Shown in pieces: positions 47,601 to 59,000 of a DNA stretch of 64,000 nt. Within the stretch, counting starts at the first letter, position 1, and the number at the start of each line of letters is the position of its first letter. The notes below the pieces were generated by a model that saw nothing but the letters and a program-made list of their open reading frames with translations, ran no database searches and was not told where the DNA came from. Position numbers and translations under genes: made by a program. The DNA lies in NCBI GenBank assembly GCA_002633005.1, contig NMRA01000389.1:1-64000 (forward strand), read 5' to 3'. This DNA comes from Phoronis australis. Lineage: Eukaryota; Animalia; Phoronida.

Positions 47601-50600
47601 TCATACACACTTTTGGCGATCCTACAACACAACAGTTGCAGTAGTTCCCACTTACCAACAATCAAGCAACAACCATGGCTATACAGGCAGTCTCACACTA
47701 CAAGTTAGGACGGGTCCCAATTTATGATGCCCCTATGACCTATTTAAGATGTTTAGTCTTAGTGTTATGATCCTTTAAAAAGGCCAGTTCTCATCCATGA
47801 GATGCAGAGGCAATTAAGAAACCTCAAGAGTATAGCATTGAATATCCAATTCAACTTAGCAGTTAGCTGCAGTATGGCATTTTCAGTACAAATTGGATCC
47901 GATTCAACTTTTTGAGAAACTCAAGTTAGGTAAAAAATACCATAATGGCTTCTTTTGTGGTTTCATGGAAATGACGTGGTAATACTGTATTTTTGCTGCC
48001 CATATTTTCATAAAGAAAATGTCACTTGAAAAGGCTAAGGATCCTTTCTTTTCTTCCTCAGTGTCACACGATGCCAACTGGTCAGGATTTGTCCTTTACC
48101 AGGTACAAACCCACTGCCTGCTTTGAGGCACAGATTTGAAAATGAGTCGGGACTCAAACCACAACTGAACTAATTATGCTGGTCTTAATCAACTACACCC
48201 AATTCTAACCCGGGCACTAGTACCAAAATAAGTAGAATGTTGCAGCAAGACTTACAGCCGACTCCAGAACTGACCGTTCCTCCTTTAGCTGCTCACACAG
48301 TTTCATAACACCTTGGGCCTCCTCCACTTTACCCTCGCATCCAAGTGACTCGGCCTTGAAGAACCAAAATATTTGAAATCAAAGGAGGAACAATGTATGG
48401 ACAAGACTGAAAATTACAATCATGTTTTAATTTTGAGCAGGGTGATAACTCTAATTTATACAATTCAGTAATATTTGAAATCAGAGTTCTTTAAACTGGG
48501 TTAAAACCAACACACATACACCAAGAAGCTTAGGGAATGCTCAGTGCCTCCGAGTCAGAATAATTAATAGTTGAAGTTTATTTTTTTAACAAATTTCAGA
48601 CAGCATTATAATAGTTTTTAATGTACACTAATTAAAGAAGAGTCCATAATGCGTGCAGAATGTCACAAGATTTCCTACCACGGTTTTCATCTTCATATTC
48701 ATCCACACGTAGTGCACACTCGTACAAAAAGTCACCACTAACACAGTCTGATTCAGGGATGTATTGGCCAGTGATGCACAATTCAATTGTGTTGTTATTA
48801 AACAGCAAGTCGACATACATGGTAAGAATTATTAGTAAAATACACACAAACCGCCGGTTGATAATTTAATGAACATAGGCGTCTGCGCGATTAGCAGAAG
48901 GTCGATGATGGGAGTCTAGGTCGGGGCAAAAATCTTTACAGGCTTTAGTTTAGGTCACATGATGTGACCAACATAATGCGTGCATTTGACTAATAATTCT
49001 TATTTACCATTCAGTTAAGTTTAAGTCTTTAGCAAGCCTGTGTTGTAATAATGTCGCACAAATAAAATGGTACTTAAAAGAATCTAAAGAGTTAAATGGG
49101 ATGGATAATTCATGACACATCAACCTAAGAGATTGCATCCACTGGATTCCCCAACAGAGAAAAGCTTGTAAGTAGTATATTAAGATACAACTGTGTATAA
49201 AGTAGAATCCAGCAAACCAAACCAAACCATGGTGTTCATACATAAGATATGAATAGTTCCTCTATCTAGAGCCTATTCAACTAAACTGGTCTTCACCTGC
49301 TGACACAGATCATTAATCCTCTGTGTTAACATCTCCACTTTTTCTTCTTTACCACCACCTGCACCTACCTGTAACAAAAATATAAGTTACCTGAAAACAA
49401 TATATATCCGTATCCTGCCTGTAAAAATAAATATCCTATATTGCCTACAACACAAATATCTATATACTGTCAGATGACAGAACATATGGGCAACTGAGAA
49501 GACGCCAAGTTATATTTTTATTTGTCTGACACAAGAATACGAATACTGGACTAAATATTCACTAGGGTGTCAATGAAGAGACATCTCTTCATTATCTGAA
49601 AGGATAGAGAAGAGAACAGTGTTCAGGAGCATAGGAACATTCGTCATGAGATAAGGATTCCACGTGACTAATGCACTCTGTCACAGCACCACCTGGTGGA
49701 AGCGAATGGCTTTGGGAAAGGAGGACAGTCATGCACACATTTAAACTTGAGAATCAGTGTGCATGCTTGAGTTTGGTTATTTGTCATAAATGCATGGATC
49801 GGAATGAGTTAGAAAGTATCTGGAGTGTGCCACAAAACACAAGTGGAATGCATCAATTTAGTCCGTTCTTGTTGTTGGAGCAGTTTAATCCAATACATTT
49901 CTCCTAAACACGTCGTTCTTGTTTCATATTTACCATTCATTTGAAGGGGCAGTACACCTACGCCTTCTGTGAAAAACCAAGTTTGGATTTAGATCACACA
50001 TTCTCGTCTCTCACATTAGAAATGACTTCCGTGTTTGACAGAAACTGATCAGACTCATAAAGATTGCTGGTCATAGTGGGTAGGCTTCAACCACTGAAAC
50101 AATGAGGCTCAAAGTGGGAAATCTAAGTGTTTGACGGTATCAGTTTCAATTCAAACAAAGGATAGGAAAGCAATGATATCCTCAGAAGATCTTGGACTTA
50201 CATTAGCCTGTGCCATATTGAATGTTAGTCTTTGATGACCACGTCGTATTCTTCGTTCAACATCAGTAATGAGTGACTGTAAAAACCTGATGAAGTCATC
50301 CTCATATCCCATCTTGCTAAACCGCGAACTCTTTTCATACCTGTTGAGAAAAATACAGTTTACAGCAGAAATAACTAGACAAATACAGCACAGTTTGGTT
50401 ATTTTATGAACATATGCTTTAACTACAAATTGATCAGTTATCACACCCCTACACAAAGATCCTTTGTCACAATGAACAAGATGTCAGGTAACCATATAGG
50501 TTTTAGCTCATTGGAACTGTACACAAACCCTAGTAAGTTAGCCACTTTATAGTAGGCTTTTTTCACAGGCACATTTATATATTTCCAGTAAAATTGGAGC

Positions 50601-52772
50601 TTTATATACAAGAAATTGAAAATTTTTATTTGCTTTTTTTCTCAAACTCTGAGTCACGTCTAACACACTGAACAATTAAATTTCACACATTTTAAAAAGG
50701 ACCATGGAAAACAACCAGCTTCTCTAATCCTATAAAACAAGTGCTTGGTGATTTGTATTACTGCGCATATTCACACAAATGTGTGATCTTGTATCTTTTC
50801 ACGGAGGGAGCGGTGGAAACGAAATTCAGCAAATTCGCCGCTACAAACTTACTCTTTCTTCAGTGCATCATCATGTATTTTGGAACATGAGCCTGGAAAA
50901 AAGAAACTTGATGTACAGGTGGTTAATAAGAACTAGCAAACACGTCATTCTTCACTTGTTTGGCACATGACATGGCCGGCAAGTGAAATTCTATTTTACC
51001 AAATTTCTCTACAATAAAGAAGATTAAGAAAATTACAGTCTATCACTAAGTCAGCTTACACTGTGTAGATGTTATAAAATCAACGTTTAGCAAATTTTCC
51101 AATATTTGCAACAGAGTAATAACTCTCTGACAGATGAAAAAAATACTATTTTGGGAATTACTTTGGGGTGAAATAAGTGGAGAATTTTATATGCTCATGT
51201 TCATAAATCAATTACCATACCAAGACACTGTCGAATGTTTTAAAGGTTTATCATGTCTGTACTCTAATTGAATTCTAAAATGCTTACCCAAATCAGCTCT
51301 TGTATTTACGAACAATTCATGAGGACAAAATCCACAAAGAAAATGCTTGCAAACCTGAAATAATGAATTAATAAATTGCCATTATATCTTAAAGCAGAAA
51401 ACATGAACTTGCATAACTTTACAATAAAAGTGGATGGTTTAGGCACGGACTTGCATAACATTTTATCATTATTAGAAGTCCGTGGATTAGGATTCGCAGC
51501 ACTGGGTGGAACAAAAAACAGACATTACATGGGATGTTTAGTTTGAGTTGACTAGTGAATATGCGGTCGAGATTAAGAAAGTGATTTACTCGAACCAGTC
51601 ATCGGACCAAAATTTATTTTAGCACCAGTCAGTTACAACCTGTGTCCACACATCCATTGGGAAAACGTAACATGCTCCTGTCCCCCGAGACAATTAGCTA
51701 TACATGACTGGAGCTTATTTTGAACTTATAGAACATACCTATAATATACTCTGTACCATATAATCCTGCAACTGATTGCATGCGCCAATTGTGGAGCTGC
51801 ATCTACGGGCCTATATGCTGGACACTTGAGTAAGAACTAAATGTTATTTTATCAGCTGAATTTCAAAGTGGAGTGCTGACATCCTATCTGGTCATGGATT
51901 CTACCGTTGTGGTGGGTGCCAAAGTAGAAAATTTGGCAGCATGAGAGTCAAGAATCTAAACCATTCAGCCAAACGGCAATAGCTGCTTGGCGAGCTTATA
52001 TAACCTTAGGCAATGACCATCGCCTCTGTTGGCCCGAACCAGAGGCGATGCAGCTCCTATAGGCGCTCTGTACGCCAGAAGCTTTTCGGCGAATTATGCC
52101 TCGCACCGACTAAATCATCAAAGTCACGCTGTTATAAATACCTTTTGCGTATAGAGGAACACCTTAGGAGGTTGTCGATGTGTTTAATTCCTTCCAACTC
52201 GAAGAAATACTCCCGTTATCAAACTTTTTCTTCGAGCAGTCCCTACTTCAGTTCCCAAAATCGTGAACTCAACATTTTTATACTGCGCACGCTCCAATTT
52301 TTACCGCCCTCGCTAGGTGATGTGACTTCANNNNNNNNNNNNNNNNNNNNNNNNNNNNNNNNNNNNNNNNNNNNNNNNNNNNNNNNNNNNNNNNNNNNNN
52401 NNNNNNNNNNNNNNNNNNNNNNNNNNNNNNNNNNNNNNNNNNNNNNNNNNNNNNNNNAATTTCTATGCGAAGTTAAGACACAGTGGTTTCTATCGGTATT
52501 TGACCTTAGTCTTAAGTCATACAGCCAGCCAGGTATTTGAATATGAGTAACTCGGTAACGCCAACGGCGGTGTCTCGCCTGGGGAAGATGGGATCGACAG
52601 CTCGATATCAATAAATTTCGGAGAACTCTGTTAATGAAATATAATGAAACGAAAACTGAGCGATACATACATCACTGTCACTCCAATGCAATTCACTTTT
52701 TGTCGCATCTGAAGGTAAATTTCGATTTCTTCCCATCAACTCATCCAACAATGCTGCTGCAGCGGAAGCCAT
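44654..52772 (-). CDS. LUC7L3: Luc7-like protein 3 (CROP/LUC7A), U1 snRNP-associated splicing factor; 10 coding exons, 410 aa
   Basis: Exons 52772-52671, 51354-51288, 50892-50853, 50340-50202, 49368-49297, 48354-48256, 47299-47138, 46595-46405, 45901-45690, 44802-44654 join in frame (1233 nt): MASAAAALLDELMGRNRN...VCKHFLCGFCPHELFVNTRADLGSCSKIH (ZnF1)...YEKSSRF...VERRIRRGHQRL...GKVEEAQGVMKL...KQMEVCEICGALLIVGDAEQRVQEHLMGKQHMGY (ZnF2), then RE- and RS-rich tail. The last exon is less certain. Confidence 0.94.
52331..52457. other. Assembly gap (N run)
   Basis: Run of N in LUC7L3 intron 1. Confidence 1.
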
Positions 52773-53098
52773 GATGGCTTGTTTCCCACAATGCTGTAGT
52801 CTCGAATTTTTCTCTAAAAACAGAAATGTGGCGTCTAAGCAATAGGACAAAGTATACACGTGTTCCAAAAAAATGGTAAAATATACAAATACTCGCACAA
52901 TTGTCCACGATTTAAAAATAAATTAAATTATTCTTGAAAGGAAATCCGCATTTTAACCCAAAATTATAAATTGCTTGTAATGTTCAGGCGGGTTTGACAT
53001 TGCCTCATGACGTCATTGAGATACACGCACACGAGGATTCGTGCTTTTTGAAGCTCGGCGCAATAAGGTCCTCTGTATCCCGTAAAAACAAGCCTCCA
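52773..53098. promoter_or_regulatory. Bidirectional promoter between LUC7L3 and eRF3
   Basis: Only 326 bp separate the two start codons; perfect palindrome ATGACGTCAT (CRE/ATF-like) at 53007-53016. Confidence 0.7.
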
Positions 53099-56000
53099 AT
53101 GGATCAAGGAAGCCCACAGAATGGTGCCCCTGATAGCTGGGAACAGAATGATGTTGGTGGAGTGGGAGATGTGTCTGAGGACAAAGTTTCAGAACCAATG
53201 AGTTCACTGACATTGAATGTTCACGCGACAGAATTTGTGCCTGGGCGGAATGTGAACGCTGCGGAATTCATCCCATCTTTCCCACAATCGGACGGTAGGG
53301 ATAGTTTGAGATTGATATGTTGATTACTAACTTGCAATGGCTATAAACCTTTCTTCCGTTTCAATAACCGGTGGCTTCGTACATACTCTTTATCACTGCT
53401 CGCAGTTATGTCCTATTGTTTATTTTTTGCTATCATTATTTTATTGCCACTGGCACTGCACTGGTCGGATTTAGCGATCCCGCATTGAGAGCCAGGCAAT
53501 CACTGGATAATGGGCCCGTTATTCAGTGGTTGAAACTGGTTCTCAAAATCGGGGATGATAATTGTTTACAATATGATGACATTGACCTACACACATGATT
53601 TTGGTACCGTTCGATTCCTCGCAACGTTATCTTTCCAAAAATAAATGAATCTATCCCCTAACGCGTTTCCTCTGTATTTTATCGTCGAATTTCGGTTCGC
53701 ACTATTTCCCGGTTGACACCGCCAATGAATGAAACAGCATCATCGATTCTGAATGGTGTTTGCCCGCACGAGATTCCTGCTTAAGTTTTCCTGACATTAG
53801 TGGCGTAATATGGAGGAACAATTAGCAGCATTTCACCTTTTTCATTTTTTTAGAATTATGACCACACACAATTGTCTTAAGTGATACATTTTTCTCCAAT
53901 TTGGACCTCAAAAACAACCTCCGCTTTTTTCGTGGATTCTTGCTAGCAGATGTGTACCAGAGTCACCATAAGATCGAATCTGAACCCTTGGGACTGTAAC
54001 CTGGGCAGCAAACAGACGAGTCTCCGTCAATTTGACCTTATGGAAAGCGATGATATGTAGAGTAGTTCAGTTATTGACCGCCAGGTGTCTTTTTCCATTC
54101 AATATTGCGGTATTTCTACCAAGTACCGGGAAATAGTGCTAGCAAAAATTTCAGGATAAAATACTTAGGGAACGGGGTAGGAGAAATTTCAGTTTATTTC
54201 TGGAAAGAAAACGTTGCAAGGAATCGAACGATACCAAAATCGTATGTCAATGTCGTCATGTTTTAAACAATTACCTCCGGAATCGCTATACCAGTGCCAT
54301 TATTATTAGTGTAATAGGAACACACATGCGCTAATTTTCCATTCAGCTCTTCATTTACTCTTCATTAGAGATAAAGGGTCACCCTGATTTACTCCATGGT
54401 GGACCACCTTCCGACTAGTCTCAGTCAACCTCGTAATGTATCGCGGTTTTCGAGCGTGGATTGTTTTAATTAGCTACTCTCTGACCTTCCATTGGGGCCC
54501 CATCAAAGCAATTCACGGTCGTAAGACCGGCGTTATTATCTCGAGAACTGCGACACATATTGATGAGACTTATACTAGGAAGGCAATACATCATGAAGTG
54601 AATAAGATCATTTATCTCTTATGAAAAGGTACTCTCAAGATCCAAATAGTTATGGAGACAGCAATACCAGTATTGACCGGAAATTTTCATGATTTCTAAT
54701 AATAAGTATTAGAGACTCTAATAATAGTATAGACCCAACATTTTTGCCACTAGAAATGTAGAAAAATAGTATAGACCGGAAATTTGAGGACAAATTAATA
54801 ATACCATAGAACGGAATAATGGTATAGACGGCAAATTTTGGAAATTTAACGACAGCATAGATTGGAATAATAATATTGATTACATATTTGAGTAAAATCT
54901 AATGATAGAAAAGGGAATAATAGTGCAAAACGGCAAATTCTAGGGAATAATGGTATAGATAGAAAAATTGTGGAAAATCTAAAATAGTAAAAGCAGGAAT
55001 AATATCATTGATTACAATTTTGCATAAAATCTGCTAAAAGTAGATGGAAATAATAGTGCAAAATCTAGTAATGATATCGATGGAAATAATAGTGCAAAGA
55101 AGCAAATTTCTTCTGACTTACCATCGTTTTAAGTAATTGTTTCAAAGAAAAACCTGTAAACTGAATATTACCATAGTTAAATTATTGCAGTAGTGTATCC
55201 ACCCATGCCATAAAGTAGTACAGTGAAGTGGAATAAAAGTGCCATTACTAAAACAGAGACCATTCGTTAATTCAACAACTTTAAACGGAAGTCTATACAG
55301 GCGTGTTTCAAACAGTATGTGGAATCATTTACTCAAAAAAGAATGAGACATTCGTACTAGCGATGCCAATGTCAACTAAGTCCAAAAACTATAACATGGA
55401 ATAAGGTAAAGAGCAAGTAGAAACAATTTCAATAAAGATATCGACTGGATTGTCGTACGTTAGCAATTATGCCATTTTCAAGATCGTCACAAATCCATTC
55501 TTCCTGTTCATAAAAACACTCTATTCTCAAGTTTGGAGCGAATTGTAAAAATGCTGATGTCCGATGGTGATGTTGTCAGCAACTTGTCGGTTCTTGTCTT
55601 TGTTTGAAAGGTTCACCGTTCATTGCACGGGCCGGATTATCACCACGATCCATATCTGTAGCTAGATTATTTGTTGTACCAGCATCTGAATTAATGTCGC
55701 TATCTGGAACATCTCTCGATTAGTAAAATAATCCTCGAGTCCTTTAGGCCTTTGCACGGCAGGCGACATGACTAAGTATGTAGAATGCGCAAGACGGAAA
55801 CTGCAGGTGACACTTCCTGTGCAAAATTCCAGAATTACTTCTCGGGAAACGCAAACATCAGGGACAGACACAGTGAAGAGTTGTAATGGCCTGCCAGTTT
55901 TTCTCAGGGTGTAACCATAAATACTGGATCAGCCAAAGAAACTCGTCAAAAGCGTTTTTATGCATATTCTTTTAAAAGGACAGTAAACCCTGCTTTGATG

Positions 56001-59000
56001 ATTTCTACCTAATACTCATTCTGTCACCTGCCAATGCATCACTGGCGTCACTCTTCCAAGTTCAGGGCTTGGAATTTTCCGCGGAAACGCGGATTTCCGC
56101 TTTTTTCAAATGTGCTTTCCGCTTTTTTTATAATATTTCCGCGTAAAAAATCGGATTTGATATAAAATTTCCGCGGCAAATTCCTTTCTTACCGCGACGT
56201 TGCAGACGACGTTCACCTCGAAAAGCGGAAGTTGCTCTTTATGTTCGGAAGAACGTAAATTGTCAACATTGCCGGGGCATCTGGGATAGCATGGTGTGAT
56301 TTTCAATGGCGTCTTGTGTTATTGTTAAGCGCGGCGACAAATACTACCGCTCTGGGGCCAAAAATGTGTGGGTTGGGAGTAGACGGGCGAGCTAAAAGGA
56401 CGCAGGCGCACGCTACTGATGGTGGTAACGTGTTTTTTTTCTTTTTTTTTTAGTCCTCCCTATTTTTGTCGGGGAAAGGTTCACATTGACCAGTTCTAGG
56501 CTGGTTATCGGGCAATGATTTGGGCCGTAATAGTTTCAAAGTTTCCACGTTTTTTGTCATTGGTCATTCCAAGCCCTGCAAGTTAAAAGTATACAAACCC
56601 GTTTTTGGCACATTAACAGATACTAAAAACGACTTTCCTATTCAGTTCTTTGAAACAAAATAATGCTTTGTAACGGCACGACAACCCTCAATAGTTTTGA
56701 AGAAAATTAGAAAACTCCTTTCAATTTATGCTAGAGCGAGTTACATGGCATTTGTGGGAAAAGACCACCCACCAAAGACCCTAATGTTCAATTCATGAGA
56801 TAGTGGGTATAAATTCTTAGTTGATTCCTGCTTTTTTCTTTCAAAATTTACACTAATGATGCATCAGCAGATTAGAGAACGATGATTGGTTTAAATCATC
56901 AAAACAGGGTTTAGTATCCTTTTTAAAGTGGAAATCGAATGAAAATGAAACATATGGTCCTTGGTGGATTGTCTTTTCTCACAGATGCCATGTAATTCGC
57001 AAAAAAGTGTAGGTCACAGTTGTGCGTTTTTCAAAGTTTGTAAGGAGTTTTCAAAATTTTCAGCAAACTTGAGGGTTGTCAAGGGTTACAGAGCATTATT
57101 TTGTTTCAGAAAACTGGATGTGGAAATTCATTTTAGTATCTGTCAATAGGCCATAACTGGGTTTGGCATCCTGTTAATAATGCAAGAACTTACTCATATA
57201 TCCATATCTAAGCCCATGCTAGACTTTTAAAGGTATTAGCCCAAAGGCTAAAGCATCTGAAAACTTTTACCCATTTTCAGAAATTATTCCCCAAATTCTT
57301 TCTCTTTTCGTAACCTCCCAATTGAGAAAAATACAATTATGTGGACCGAACTTCTTATTGTTCATGTTATGCACAGGTCCTTTTCATAATGTACTATAAC
57401 GAAAGACGTTTGCCTTAAGAAAAAAGCAAATGATCAACATTCCAAGGCCATATAAGCAAAAACACTGGAAAGTGTTTGACTGATGTGCAGAATAGTGAAT
57501 ATATATCCTCCGAAATAAATTTTTTATTGACAAATACACATAGGCAATTTCACATGCGCATGAAATCCGAGCGTTGTTTTGAGTATAGGTACACTACCTG
57601 GTGCATCTAATAACCGAAGTGTCGTTTATTTTTGCAAGTAAAAGTATGTCTTATACACCCGAGGCTGAAATTTTAGATCTTTTCGGAGTGAAGAACCTTC
57701 ATAATAGTGAACCTTCAGAGTAGTGAACCTTTGGAATTGTAGGCTGTTCCCATTCCTAGCGATGTAAGCAAGTTAAGGAACACCCGAAATACAACCAAAT
57801 CAAAATATTCGAGTCCATAATTTTCCGATTAAATATTTCCGTTCGAATATGTATTGAGGTGTTGTAACTCATTTAAGCACGCCTCGGTTTGAAAGTTCGG
57901 CAGGGCATAACGCGGAAACCAATTTTTTGTGGTTTTTACTTTAAATGCTGGCATTTGAAACAAAGTACAGTAACGTTTGACACCATCTTTTCAGGATCTA
58001 ACTCACAGCCCCAGGTATCAGCTGAGGAAACTCCAAATGAAACAGGTAACATAATACATTCTTTGATGCAGTTAAACTTAGTGAAATTTAGCTGTGTTCG
58101 TGTTGGAAGAAAAACCTGTGAATTTATCACTGTGTGTTGTCCTGAAAGCAAACTTTTCAAAAACCATTTATTCTTCGAACAAAACGAAGTTGACAATATT
58201 ATCAATTCATGTATACTTACTTAGGTGAGGAATGGTTTCCAGGCTATGGAAGAACTGACGGTTTGTTAGTTTCTAGATGAAGCTAAAAAATTAAAGTCAA
58301 GGCATGAGCAGAAATTTTATGAGGTTGCTTGAAGAAATAACGAAATGCCAGGTCTTCTGGAACTCAGAGATCACTTCTAAACTGAGGAATGAGAGTCTTA
58401 ACTTTGAAATGGCACGTGGCCCAAATAAAAACTTATTTTTTTGGTTGAAAGCACAGTTTTAATGCTGCTTTAAATAAGGGCCATGTTGTTATTCTTCTTG
58501 TGTTCATCTATTCAGCTAGTATCGTATTGTAGAAACCAGCTCTGCAGTAGAAGAAGACATGCCCCCTGATGATTGGGCTGATAAAGATGAAAACGGAGAT
58601 AGTGGAGGCAGTGAGGATGTCATGGATACTGATGATGTTGAGGAAAAACCTGCTGCAATGGCACCAAAGAGTACAGAAGAGATAGTCAAAAAGGACCATG
58701 TGAATGTTGTGTTCATTGGTCACGTAGGTAAGTGCTGTGTCAAATAAAATCAATCCCAAGGAAAAATTCCTAAACTAGCTCAACTGAAATGATACGTGAG
58801 GTGTTTTGTGGCTGAATTGCTACTATCACTAAATGAATACATATCAAATAAACCATGTAAAAACACAAAGTAACAAATATCTGTGGCTATACACATTTTT
58901 TGTAACACAGAATACAATTTTCCCAATGGTGTCAATAGATGCCTGATTAAACGGATTATTTTTAGCTTTGAGGAGACAGTTGTAGATGATCTGTACATAA

